Source: Elusimicrobiales bacterium
GTDB taxonomy: Bacteria > Elusimicrobiota > Elusimicrobia > Elusimicrobiales > UBA9959
Direction: 5' to 3'
NCBI GenBank assembly: GCA_049972095.1
Contig: JBMFKQ010000021.1
Span: forward strand, 1 to 29,435
DNA: 29,435 nucleotides
Position numbers and translations under genes: made by a program. Below are positions 18,192-27,736 of this stretch, one piece after another. The notes beneath the pieces are model-generated. The model was not told the DNA's origin. It saw nothing but the letters and a program-made list of their open reading frames with translations, and searched no databases. The first letter of the stretch is position 1, and every line of letters starts with the position of its first letter.

Positions 18192-19399
18192 CAATAAGGC
18201 CAGTTCTTAAACTCAAAAAGCTTCAAGATATGGGCATATCTAAGGGCTCAATGGTGCTTGTAAGGGTTGATTATAATGTGCCGATAAAAGATGGAAGGGT
18301 CAGTGATGATACAAGAATAAGAGAAACTGAGAAGACAATAAAATATCTTCTCACACGAGATGCAAAAATAGTTTTAATATCCCATCTTGGAAGGCCAAAG
18401 GGAAAGTTTGATCCAAAGTATAGCCTTAAATCCCTTAGGGAGGATGTGGAAAGGATAATGGCTGCAAAAACCCATTTTGTTGAGGATTGTATAGGTCCGG
18501 AGGTTGAAAAGGCAAAATCAAGGCTTGGGATAGGTGAGATACTTCTCTGTGAAAACCTAAGGTTTCATCCAGAGGAGGAAGAAAATGATGAGGGCTTTGC
18601 AAGAGAGCTTGCTAAGGGATGTGATTATTTTGTTCAGGATGCCTTTGGTGCAATACACAGGGCTCATGCCTCAACAACTGCTATTACGAAATATCTTCCA
18701 TGCTGTATAGGATTTCTGCTTCAAAAGGAGCTTGAGTATCTTGAAAAAATAATGACAAACCCATCAAAACCATTTGTTGCTGTCATAGGTGGTGCAAAGG
18801 TCAGCGATAAGATAGATGTCCTTATGAGTTTGCTTGATAGAGTTGATACACTTATAATTGGTGGAGCAATGGCTTATACATTTCTAAAAGCCCAGGATGT
18901 GAATGTTGGTAATTCTGTTGTTGAAAGTGATAAGATAGATGAGGCAAAAAAAATAGTTCTAAAAGCATTTAAAAATGGTGTTGAGCTTATTCTTCCTGCT
19001 GATCATCTTGTCGTTAAAGAGATTAAGGATGATGCCCAAACACAAACCACACAGTCAATGGCAATACCTAATGGATGGATAGGTGTGGATATTGGTGAAA
19101 GGAGTATATCTATTTTTAGTGAGAAGATACTTTCGGCAAAGACGATATTTTGGAACGGACCTCTTGGAATATTTGAGATAGACAGGTTTGCAAAAGGAAC
19201 TATTGCTCTTGCAAAAGCAGTTGCTGAGGCAACAAAGAACGGTGCTGTGAGTGTGCTTGGTGGTGGTGATACTTTAAGTGCCCTAAAAAAATCCGGTGTT
19301 AAGTCTGAGGAGATATCACATTGCTCAACAGGTGGGGGTGCAAGCCTTGAGTTTGTTGAGGGTAAGATTTTACCAGGACTTGAGGCACTTAGCAGATAA
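18188..19399 (+). CDS. pgk: Phosphoglycerate kinase
   Basis: RVDYNVP, SHLGRPKG, DAFGAIHRAHAS, GGAKVSDK, GGGDT, STGGGASLE. Confidence 0.99.
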   Translation: MTIRPVLKLKKLQDMGISKGSMVLVRVDYNVPIKDGRVSDDTRIRETEKTIKYLLTRDAKIVLISHLGRPKGKFDPKYSLKSLREDVERIMAAKTHFVEDCIGPEVEKAKSRLGIGEILLCENLRFHPEEEENDEGFARELAKGCDYFVQDAFGAIHRAHASTTAITKYLPCCIGFLLQKELEYLEKIMTNPSKPFVAVIGGAKVSDKIDVLMSLLDRVDTLIIGGAMAYTFLKAQDVNVGNSVVESDKIDEAKKIVLKAFKNGVELILPADHLVVKEIKDDAQTQTTQSMAIPNGWIGVDIGERSISIFSEKILSAKTIFWNGPLGIFEIDRFAKGTIALAKAVAEATKNGAVSVLGGGDTLSALKKSGVKSEEISHCSTGGGASLEFVEGKILPGLEALSR

Positions 19400-19410
19400 G
19401 GAGGTTTTGG

Positions 19411-19695
19411 ATGTTTAGTTTTTTTCTCATTATTCATGTAATTATATGTTTTCTACTTATCATTTCTATACTTCTTTTCCAGACAAGTAAAGGTTCAGCA
19501 CTTAGTATGTTTGGTGGAGGAGGTGATTCTCTTTTTTCATCTCCAAGCGGAAGCTCATTCATAAAGAAATTTACTCTATATCTTGCGATTGCCTTTGCAG
19601 TTAATTCAGTTATTTTAACTCTGCTTTATCCTACAAGACACAGGTCTGTTCTTTATGATTCTCCGCCCCCTCCTGTGTCTAGTGAAAAAAAATAG
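19411..19695 (+). CDS. secG: Preprotein translocase subunit SecG
   Basis: Two TM segments flanking QTSKGSALSMFGGGGDSLF; typical position after glycolytic genes. Confidence 0.85.
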   Translation: MFSFFLIIHVIICFLLIISILLFQTSKGSALSMFGGGGDSLFSSPSGSSFIKKFTLYLAIAFAVNSVILTLLYPTRHRSVLYDSPPPPVSSEKK

Positions 19696-19702
19696 ATAAG
19701 GA

Positions 19703-21223
19703 ATGGACTTTTTAAAGGCTGTTTCAGCGTTATTTTTTCTTCTTACAAATGCTGTTTTTGTTCTTATAGAGTTTGCAATAGTTAGAGTAAGAAAAACAAG
19801 AATAGAAGAATTTGCACAGAATGAGAATAATATATTTGCAAGAACCTCTCTTGATATAATAAATAATATCAACTCATATCTTGCATCAATTCAGCTTGGT
19901 ATAACTGCATCAAGTATAGGGCTTGGGTGGATTGCGCAGCCATATGTGGCTTTTGTTATTAGCAGAGCTATTCCTGATTTTTCTATATTCTACTTAAAGA
20001 TATCATCCTATTCAATCTCTCTTTTAATTTCATTTTTTACGGTAACATTTTTTCATATAGTTTTTGGTGAGCAGGTTCCAAAGTATATCGCGATATCATC
20101 TGCTGAAAAGATAACACTTGTTTTTTCAATTCCTCTCAAGATGTTTTATAAAGCAACCTATTATCCAATGCTTTTAATAAACAAAACATCCGAATTTTTT
20201 TCATCATTTTTAGTCTCAAAGATATCAGATGATACATCTCATTCAGAGGATGAGATAAAATTGATACTTTCAAAATCTGAGGAGTTTGGTCGTATTTCAC
20301 TTCACAGATTAATGATGTTTGAACATCTTTTTGATTTTGGCAAGACCTCTGTCAAAGAGGTTATGGTTCCTGTAGATAGGATTGTTGCCTTGAAAAAAAG
20401 CATAAGTTTTGATGATTTTTTAGATACTATAAGAAAATTCAAGTTTTCAAGGTATCCTGTGATCGATGAGAATTCTAATTATTTAGGTTATGTGCATGTT
20501 AAGGATGTTATTATAAACCTACCTATATCAAGATGTGTTGAAAGATTCAATCTGCTTGACTATATTAGACCTATTGTTAGGGTAGGAGAAAAGGAAATGA
20601 TAGAGAGGGTTTTGAGAATTGTCCAGGAAACAAATCAGCCGATCCTTCTTGTAGAAAATGATAAAAAAGAGATAACAGGTATAATAACTGTTGAGGATAT
20701 AATAGAGGATATTACCGGAGAGATAAGGGATGAGTTTGAAAAAAAATCTGCTGTAAGGCTTGATGAGATTTTCTGTGTTGAGGGAAGTGTTGTTGATATT
20801 AAATCATCCGATAGATTTTCAGCTATAAATGAGATGATAGATAAGCTTTATTCATCCGGTTTTATAGCTTTAAGGGAAGAGATATCAAAAAGGATTATAA
20901 AAAGAGAAAAAGAACTTTCTACTGCCATAGGTCATCAAATTGCTGTTCCACATGCAAGAATAGAGGGACTTAAAAGTGCTATTATTTCTGTTGGAATAAG
21001 CAAAAATGGAATAGATTTTTTAGCCCCTGATTTAAAACCCGTTAAGGTTATTTTTCTAATACTATCTCCCTATCATGAACCATCATTACAGCTTGCAATA
21101 CTTTCAAAGATCTCAAGGCTTGCGATGAATATCACACTGAGAAAAAAGCTTTTTAAGGTGTCAGATGCCTATAAGATAAAAGAGATACTTAGTGTTTTTG
21201 AGGACAGCATTCCTGTGGATTAA
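19703..21223 (+). CDS. CNNM (DUF21) + CBS pair protein fused to a C-terminal PTS EIIA-type domain
   Basis: NAVFVLIEFAIV, IQLGITASSIGLGW, FGEQVPK, EVMVP, FSRYPV, TVEDIIEDITGEIRDE; then REKELSTAIGHQIAVPHAR...APDLKPVKVIFL. Confidence 0.9.
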   Translation: MDFLKAVSALFFLLTNAVFVLIEFAIVRVRKTRIEEFAQNENNIFARTSLDIINNINSYLASIQLGITASSIGLGWIAQPYVAFVISRAIPDFSIFYLKISSYSISLLISFFTVTFFHIVFGEQVPKYIAISSAEKITLVFSIPLKMFYKATYYPMLLINKTSEFFSSFLVSKISDDTSHSEDEIKLILSKSEEFGRISLHRLMMFEHLFDFGKTSVKEVMVPVDRIVALKKSISFDDFLDTIRKFKFSRYPVIDENSNYLGYVHVKDVIINLPISRCVERFNLLDYIRPIVRVGEKEMIERVLRIVQETNQPILLVENDKKEITGIITVEDIIEDITGEIRDEFEKKSAVRLDEIFCVEGSVVDIKSSDRFSAINEMIDKLYSSGFIALREEISKRIIKREKELSTAIGHQIAVPHARIEGLKSAIISVGISKNGIDFLAPDLKPVKVIFLILSPYHEPSLQLAILSKISRLAMNITLRKKLFKVSDAYKIKEILSVFEDSIPVD

Positions 21224-21327
21224 AAACTCATCTACATATTTGGCTATATTTGGAAGAATCTGTGATAAGCATTCTTTTAGCGTTGTAGTTGAAATTTGAT
21301 GTTTAAAATAGGTAAAATTTTATTATA

Positions 21328-21409
21328 GCGCGGGTGGCGGAATTGGTAGACGCGTACGTTTGAGGGGCGTATGCCTTACGGCATAAGGGTTCGAGTCCCT
21401 TCCCGCGCA
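21328..21409 (+). tRNA. tRNA-Leu, anticodon GAG, no encoded CCA
   Basis: GCGCGGG/CCCGCGC acceptor, TACGT-TTGAGGG-GCGTA anticodon arm, long variable arm TGCC-TTAC-GGCA, AAGGG-TTCGAGT-CCCTT T arm. Confidence 0.96.
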
Positions 21410-21415
21410 AGATTT

Positions 21416-22561
21416 ATGTGGTGTTATGAAAAAAGATATATTAAAAAGATACTAAGGCTTTGTCAATATTACGCCACACCACTCTACATATATCACATTC
21501 CAACCCTTTTGAGAGAGATTTCAAAATACAAAGATGTTTTTAAAGATAAACCTGTAGATATTTTATATGCATTTAAGGCTAATTCAAATAGAGAGATATG
21601 TTCTGTTATAAAAAAACAAGGATTGGGGGCTGATGTTGTAAGTGGTGGTGAGCTTGAGCTTGCGCTTGAACTTGGATTTGACAATATATCCTTTTCAGGT
21701 GTTGGGAAAACTGATGATGAGATAACTCTTGCTGTTAAAAATAGAATATCCTTCATAAACATAGAATCATATGAGGAATTTTTAAATCTAAGAAAGATTG
21801 CCCAAAGATTGAGAATAAAAACAGCCATATCTGTAAGATTAAATCCTAATATTAATGTTAACACTCATAGATATATAAGAACAGCCACAAAGTATTCAAA
21901 ATTTGGTGTGGATTTCAAAACAGCAAAGGAGATTTATCTAAAGGCTTCCAAATCAAGGTATATTGAAATAAAAGCAGTTCACTTTCATTTAGGCTCGCAA
22001 ATATTTGATGAGTCATATTATGCAAAAGCCCTTAAAAAAACAGTTGATTTTATCAGATCGCTTTGTGTTTACGGGATAAATATAAAAAGGATAGATATAG
22101 GTGGTGGATGGGGAGTTAAAGAGGGGAAGGAATGCACAGGGCATAATAAGATTTTTGATATTATAAAACATTATATCCCTGAGTTTTCTTTTATACTTGA
22201 GCCTGGAAGGAGTATAGTTGCTTCATGCGGGATTCTTGCACTCAAGGTGCTTTATAGAAAAAAGATAGGAAAGAGATATATCATTATTGTGGATGGTGGA
22301 ATGAATGTATTTGTAAGGCCTATTCTTTATAATGTTTTTCATCCTGTTTTTAACCTTGTTCAAAGAAGAGGTGAGAGGGTTATATGTGATATTGTAGGAC
22401 CTTTATGCGAAAGTTCTGATTTTATATCAAAGTCTGTTAAGATTACCCTTCCTCAAAGAAATGATATCCTTGCCGTTGTATCAGCGGGGGCTTATGGATA
22501 TCCTATGTCAAATGAGTATAATCTAAGAAAAAAGCCCTTAGAAAAAGTCATCTATCATTGA
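21416..22561 (+). CDS. lysA: Diaminopimelate decarboxylase
   Basis: TPLYIY, YAFKANS (PLP Lys), DVVSGGE, SKFG, HFHLGSQ, EPGRSIVA, GPLCESSD, AGAYG..MSNEYN. Start moved to ATG 21416 to avoid overlapping the tRNA. Confidence 0.92.
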   Translation: MWCYEKRYIKKILRLCQYYATPLYIYHIPTLLREISKYKDVFKDKPVDILYAFKANSNREICSVIKKQGLGADVVSGGELELALELGFDNISFSGVGKTDDEITLAVKNRISFINIESYEEFLNLRKIAQRLRIKTAISVRLNPNINVNTHRYIRTATKYSKFGVDFKTAKEIYLKASKSRYIEIKAVHFHLGSQIFDESYYAKALKKTVDFIRSLCVYGINIKRIDIGGGWGVKEGKECTGHNKIFDIIKHYIPEFSFILEPGRSIVASCGILALKVLYRKKIGKRYIIIVDGGMNVFVRPILYNVFHPVFNLVQRRGERVICDIVGPLCESSDFISKSVKITLPQRNDILAVVSAGAYGYPMSNEYNLRKKPLEKVIYH

Positions 22562-22650
22562 CATGTCAAGTGAATTATGTCCATTTGTGTCAAGGGAGTT
22601 TAGATTTTTGAGAGAAATATCTAATTTTTTATAATATATTTGGAGGGAAA

Positions 22651-23745
22651 ATGGATTTTTTTATCTTTCTCGTTTCTTTTTTTCTATATGCTCATGACGA
22701 GGGCGGAATGGTTAAGTTTCCTCAAGGATATCCTCTAAGTAGTAGAATATCAGTTGATGAAAAGTTATCTATACTATATGAATCTCCTCTTTGTGAAAAA
22801 ATTGAGTTTGATTTTAATGTTGTTGCTGTTAATGGTAAGGTGACTAACGGTAAGATTTCTTTTGAGATGTGGATTCCACAAAATCCTTCTCCTAAGAGTG
22901 ATATGAAGAATGATGTAATTTATACTATCATAAAACCATCAAGGTATAAAATCTATCCTAATGGAAGATTCTGGGCAAGATTTGATGTCAATGGTAGAGT
23001 AAGTCAGTTTAAATTTGTAGTTGTAAACGAAGGTGTTGACGAAAAAAGTTTTGGAATAGATATATATGAGGCGAATGTTTCAAAAATAGATAAAAAAAAA
23101 AGACAAGCAGAAGAGATTGTAGACGATAGTAATTTAAATCTTGCTGATCCCCTTCCATTTAAGCTTATTAGAAGAGATCAATGGAAAGCAAATCCCCCAA
23201 CAGCAAGCTATATAAAACACACACCTAAAAAAATAACCATTCATCATACAGCAGGAGGCTATCCACTTAAATATGAGGATGCAATAACAGAGATAAAAGT
23301 TATTCAGGAGTATCATCAGGAAGGAAGGGGATGGATAGACATAGGATATCATTTTTTGATTGATCCGCTTGGAGATATATTTGAGGGAAGACCAATACTT
23401 AGTGTTGGTGCCCATGTTGCAAAACAGAATACTGACAATATTGGAATATCTATTATGGGAAACTATCATCCGCCTCTAAACAATGAGATAACTGAAAAAA
23501 CGATTTCAGCCATAATAACCCTAATAAGGTTTATAAAAGACAAATACAACATATCTAAGGCATACTTTTATGCCCATAGAGATCTTGCAGCTACTAACTG
23601 TCCAGGAGATAATATTTATGCCAAGATGAATTATTTAAAAACAAAGATATTTGACGAAGAAAATGAAAATACTATGGCAGTTGAGGTGGATTTGGGAGAT
23701 AATGAGATTAATAGGAAGATTATTAATAGCATATCTGAGTGGTAG
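22651..23745 (+). CDS. Secreted PGRP-type N-acetylmuramoyl-L-alanine amidase (Amidase_2) with an N-terminal extra domain
   Basis: IRRDQWKA, ITIHHTAG, GWIDIGYHFLID, FEGRP, VGAHV, HRDLAATNCPG. Confidence 0.9.
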   Translation: MDFFIFLVSFFLYAHDEGGMVKFPQGYPLSSRISVDEKLSILYESPLCEKIEFDFNVVAVNGKVTNGKISFEMWIPQNPSPKSDMKNDVIYTIIKPSRYKIYPNGRFWARFDVNGRVSQFKFVVVNEGVDEKSFGIDIYEANVSKIDKKKRQAEEIVDDSNLNLADPLPFKLIRRDQWKANPPTASYIKHTPKKITIHHTAGGYPLKYEDAITEIKVIQEYHQEGRGWIDIGYHFLIDPLGDIFEGRPILSVGAHVAKQNTDNIGISIMGNYHPPLNNEITEKTISAIITLIRFIKDKYNISKAYFYAHRDLAATNCPGDNIYAKMNYLKTKIFDEENENTMAVEVDLGDNEINRKIINSISEW

Positions 23746-23746
23746 A

Positions 23747-24784
23747 TCATAGATTTTCAAAGATCTCAGAGGTCTTATTTTGCAGATTTTCGAAAGAAAA
23801 GATTTCATTAAACCTTTTTTTATTATCCATACCAATCCTCTTAATTCTTTCAAAGTTAAGGTTTTTTTCTATCTTATCTGCAAGCTCTATGAATGATTCT
23901 TTTGGATATATGTAGTCAGGCTCAAAAAGCTCAACCAAACATCCTGCATTGCTTGAGATAACTGCTCTTTGAGAGTTCATCCATTCAATCGCAACCCTTG
24001 ACACAGCCTCACTTCCTATGGAGGATATGACTCCTATATGTGATTCTGCCATAAGTGAATAGACATCTTCAACAAAACCATAGTATCTGAAATATCTTTT
24101 AAACTTATCAGGTATGATTTGAGCTAAATCTTTCCATTTTATATTTGATTCCTTGCCTGCTATTATAAACTCAACATCTTTTCTTTTTTCAAGTATTAAA
24201 AGTCCTGCCTTTATAAAATTGATATGCCCTTTAACAGGGTCAAGCCTTCCTACAATGGTTATTCTAAATGGCTTTTCTTCTTTTATTTCTTTAGTTTTAA
24301 CTGCAGGATATGATAAATATACAGTCTGGGTTTTAATTTTTATACCTGCGTTTTTATACATATTCTCTATATATTTTGAACCGCATATTATACACAAAAC
24401 CTTAGAATAGGTAAAGCTTTTTTTTATCTGTTTTGCATCTGCCTTTGTTCTAATTATTTTTATTGGTTTGTTTATAAGAGATATAAGATATGCAAGTGTC
24501 TGTGTTCTTCCTGTATGTGCGTTTATGATATCTATTTTCTTGTTATTTATTAGTTTTGAAATTGATATGATATCTTTTATCCTCAAAATTTTTTCCCTTC
24601 CAGATATTTTTATAGTCTCAAAATCATTTGCGATCTCATTAAATATCTTGTTCTCACCTGGAATTGCAAAAAAAACATTGTGCCCAACTTCTCTTAGTGC
24701 TCGTGCCTGAACTAAGGCATACTCTGTAAGTCCACTATACCATGGGATATCTATGAGGCTAAGTATTCTTAATGAGTTTCTCAT
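23747..24784 (-). CDS. Glycosyltransferase family 4
   Basis: IINAHT, IVGRLDPVKGH, SIGSEAVSRVAIEWM, GCLVEL. Confidence 0.9.
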   Translation of the reverse strand: MRNSLRILSLIDIPWYSGLTEYALVQARALREVGHNVFFAIPGENKIFNEIANDFETIKISGREKILRIKDIISISKLINNKKIDIINAHTGRTQTLAYLISLINKPIKIIRTKADAKQIKKSFTYSKVLCIICGSKYIENMYKNAGIKIKTQTVYLSYPAVKTKEIKEEKPFRITIVGRLDPVKGHINFIKAGLLILEKRKDVEFIIAGKESNIKWKDLAQIIPDKFKRYFRYYGFVEDVYSLMAESHIGVISSIGSEAVSRVAIEWMNSQRAVISSNAGCLVELFEPDYIYPKESFIELADKIEKNLNFERIKRIGMDNKKRFNEIFSFENLQNKTSEIFENL

Positions 24785-25847
24785 AAACCTCTAATGTTTT
24801 TAATGCCATTTTATCTGATGTATAGTTTTTTACCTTTTCATAAGAGTTTTTTGAGAATTTCTCATATATTTCTTTTTCAGACGCAATCTTTAAAATAGCA
24901 TCAGCAAGCTTTTGAGGATTTTGTTTTTCAACGACATATCCGTTGAAATTATCCTCTATAAGCTCTGGTATTCCACCTGCATCTGTGCCAACCAACGGAA
25001 GTTCTGCTGCCATTGCCTCTATTAAAACACTTCCAAGCCCTTCCTCTTTTGATGGAAGGACAAATATATCAATGGATTTTAGAAAATTTATATTATCATC
25101 AATATAACCAACAAGCTTTACATTTTTTTCAAGTTCAAGTTTTTTTATTAAGTCCTCTGCCTCTTTTTTTAACTTTCCATCTCCACCCATTAAAAAAATT
25201 ATATCCTTTTTCTTTTTAATACATTCATAAGCTGCTTTTATTAAATTTAATGGGTCCTTATGTGGGACGAAAGCCCCTAAGAAACCAACAGTTATATTTT
25301 GTCTTGGGAATATCCTGTTCGAGGCTAAATTTTTAATAAATGACAGAGGTATTGAGCTTGGAACCACAAATATATTATGCTCTGGCAGGGTTTTTTTGAT
25401 TACATTTTTTACCGCCTCTGATATAGCTATTATTGCATCTGCTTTTAAGTATTTTACCTTAGAAAAAAAGTTATTTTTTATTTCAAAATCCACCCTTCTA
25501 TGAACAACTATCTTTGCACTGATAAAAAATCTGGCTAACAATGCTATTGCGCAGGTGTGAGCGGTGTGGGTGTGCAGTATCACTTTTTTTCTGTTTAAGT
25601 TTATTTTTTTTATCTTAAAGGCTAAGATTACTGCTGATAAGATATCCCATTCGAATATATATGGAAGTGTCATAAATGGAATTTTTAACTCAAGGCATTT
25701 AAGGTATAGTGGGGAGTTTTTTCTTAAAACTATATAGTTTTCTACACCAAGTTTATTAAGTTCTTCTATAAGGTATAAAACCTGTCTTTCACCGCCCCTT
25801 AAATTTTTTGAGTCATCAAGATGAAATGCTATGATTTTATTATTCAT
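24759..25847 (-). CDS. Glycosyltransferase family 4
   Basis: RGGERQV, HRRVDF, FVLPSKEEGLGSVLIEAMAA, AGGIPELI. Confidence 0.93.
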   Translation of the reverse strand: MNNKIIAFHLDDSKNLRGGERQVLYLIEELNKLGVENYIVLRKNSPLYLKCLELKIPFMTLPYIFEWDILSAVILAFKIKKINLNRKKVILHTHTAHTCAIALLARFFISAKIVVHRRVDFEIKNNFFSKVKYLKADAIIAISEAVKNVIKKTLPEHNIFVVPSSIPLSFIKNLASNRIFPRQNITVGFLGAFVPHKDPLNLIKAAYECIKKKKDIIFLMGGDGKLKKEAEDLIKKLELEKNVKLVGYIDDNINFLKSIDIFVLPSKEEGLGSVLIEAMAAELPLVGTDAGGIPELIEDNFNGYVVEKQNPQKLADAILKIASEKEIYEKFSKNSYEKVKNYTSDKMALKTLEVYEKLIKNT

Positions 25848-26005
25848 TTTAACCTAAAAATTCTTAGTATGTTTTTTATGATCAGATTAAAATAATATTT
25901 TATGTAAAGTTTTTTCCACAGGGATGAATTTTCGTATATATTTTTAACACAATCATAAAAGAATTTGTGATTTGCAAGTGTAGGGATTATCAAGGTGTAT
26001 TTCAT
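25844..26005 (-). pseudogene. Probable internally deleted GT2 glycosyltransferase remnant
   Basis: Begins MKYTLIIPTL...FYDCVKNIYENS (GT2 N-terminal pattern) and ends after about 53 aa in a basic amphipathic tail overlapping the GT4 start. Confidence 0.5.
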
Positions 26006-26410
26006 AATATTATATTCTATATAAAATGACATTCTATTGATATGAAAATATAAGGTTTTGATTTATGATGGATTTAGCAAAGACAAAAGGGCTAAAAAGG
26101 TATAGTTGATTTTATTAAAACAGCTATGAAACTTATTAAACAAACCCTGAGATTATCCTAAACGAAATCCTGATCTTGAGTTTTAACTTATGTGCTTACT
26201 GAGTGCAAAAGCGCATACGCCACCACTTAAAATGATCGTTCCAAAAATTCCTGGTGTGTACGATACCCAACTCCTTTTCTTTTTGTCTGTATTCCTGATA
26301 AGTCGATGAATACTAAATCAGTATAATTTTCAAAAGAGTTATCCTTGAAATCCTTGCTTGTTTTCTCAAAATAAACCATCGTCCACGATAATTCAGCTCG
26401 GTATTAGCAA

Positions 26411-26584
26411 CTATTCCATCAGTTTGTCTTTGAAGGCTTTTTCAAGAACTGATTTTTTAAGTTCTTCTAAATCTTCTAGCTCTCTTTGAGGTTGTTTTAA
26501 TTTTGTACTTTTTCTTGCAAATTATCAAGATAAGCCACAATTTTTTTGCTCGGAAAGAAATAGAAGAGAATTTTTATTGTTCAT
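26411..26584 (-). pseudogene. hsdS: Type I R-M specificity subunit (HsdS) C-terminal remnant, frameshifted
   Basis: Across frames: LSEQ / KKIVAYLDNLQEKVQ / ELEDLEELKKSVLEKAFKDKL, matching the conserved HsdS terminal coiled coil. Not present in the ORF track. Confidence 0.75.
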
Positions 26585-26592
26585 TTATTTTG

Positions 26593-26823
26593 TTATAGTT
26601 TTTTTATAAATTCTTCTAATAGCAAAGCACTGAGACAGAATTCCTCATTTTTAAGATTTTCAAGCGTTGTTCTCATTTCACCACCCAACCAAGCTACACC
26701 GTCAATAATTGCAAGTTTTATTACGCGCGAAGGACATCGAGTTTCTTTTACTAAACTTACTGCTTCTTTGAATTGATTATCCTGTGAGCCGCCAAAATCT
26801 GTTATGAATTTGGCTGTCCCTAT
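26593..26823 (-). pseudogene. C-terminal fragment of a probable type II restriction endonuclease
   Basis: IGTAKFITDFGGSQDNQF...AIIDGV...SALLLEEFI resembles, from recall, REases with a GEAKFLTDFGG.Q motif; the N-terminus is missing and it abuts the upstream stop codon. Confidence 0.55.
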
Positions 26824-26824
26824 T

Positions 26825-27736
26825 TTACAAAATTCCAAGTTTTTTCTCCCATGCAATCCAAGAGCGTTTTCTTGTAAAAAGTTCTTCAATGTCCTTAGAA
26901 GAAACAATTTTAACTTTGTCTTTTATCTCATGAAAAGTTCCATTTAATAATTGATTGGATTTGTAAATATCTTCATTAGAGTATACAATAAGGAAAATAT
27001 TGCTATTCCATAAGTCAAAGGCATGTTTTAACTTGCTCAGGGCATGATAAATATCACCACCAACCTGAATTTCAAACACATAAGTAGGAGAACCTTTTTC
27101 AACTCTTCTCCAAACAACATCAAATATCATATTGTCAACGCTATATTCTTTTTGGCTTAAAAGTTTATTCATGATTCCAATTTCATAGACTAAATTTTCC
27201 AAGTCTTCATGTAAATTTCTTCTTTCTATTTTTGTTTCCTTGTATTCAATAGAAATTTCCTCCAGTGGCAGTGTATAATTAAGTTTCTTAAATTCGTCAT
27301 ATAAGAATTCGGTAATCTCTTTATAGCGAATAAAATTTATGCCTCCACGAAGTAAATCTGCAAAAGCTCCTTGACCAAGCTTTTTACCTATTTCATTAAC
27401 AATATCTATACCTTTTGTTAACCATTCTTTTTTTTCTATCAAATAGTCAAGAGAAAATTCAAATCGTAAAGGATACTTTACCCTATTTTCTTTTATCTCA
27501 TCAGGCCATAAAGGTTCTCGTTGTAAAAATTTATTTTCAATTTTCCCACAGCCAATTATTTTTTTAATCCCACCAGAAATATAGAAAAATATTATATTTC
27601 CTTTCTCCATTGCCTTCCATTGAGGAAACCATTTATCCTGTAGGCCCCATGTTAGATTATATTTAATTGCATAGTCAAAATTTTCTTCATTACCTGATAT
27701 TATCCAACAAGGATTAGAATATATATCTTTTATCAT
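26825..27736 (-). CDS. EVE (PUA-like) domain fused to a restriction-endonuclease-fold domain; candidate modification-dependent nuclease
   Basis: N-term CWII...ENF...WG...MEKGNIIFFY...IIGCG...LWPDE...YPLRF (EVE); C-term KEY...FDVVW...VFEIQ. Start at ATG 27736 with an AAGGAG RBS and ATGA overlap. Confidence 0.75.
   Translation of the reverse strand: MIKDIYSNPCWIISGNEENFDYAIKYNLTWGLQDKWFPQWKAMEKGNIIFFYISGGIKKIIGCGKIENKFLQREPLWPDEIKENRVKYPLRFEFSLDYLIEKKEWLTKGIDIVNEIGKKLGQGAFADLLRGGINFIRYKEITEFLYDEFKKLNYTLPLEEISIEYKETKIERRNLHEDLENLVYEIGIMNKLLSQKEYSVDNMIFDVVWRRVEKGSPTYVFEIQVGGDIYHALSKLKHAFDLWNSNIFLIVYSNEDIYKSNQLLNGTFHEIKDKVKIVSSKDIEELFTRKRSWIAWEKKLGIL

Noticed and set aside
21371..21415. N-terminal extension of LysA
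   Set aside because: It lies within tRNA-Leu.
534..25219. Numerous short opposite-strand ORFs (e.g. 534-797, 1752-1970, 10910-11224, 13823-14206, 19003-19437, 21493-21864)
   Set aside because: Antisense shadows of well-supported genes, with F/S/I-rich composition and no motifs.
26228..26380. 50-aa minus-strand ORF MVYFEKTSKDF...ERSF
   Set aside because: No RBS or recognisable motif; it lies in a decayed region.
26824..26907. First 28 aa of the 104-aa ORF 26593-26907
   Set aside because: Out-of-frame overlap with the EVE gene; recognisable similarity begins only at IGTAKF.
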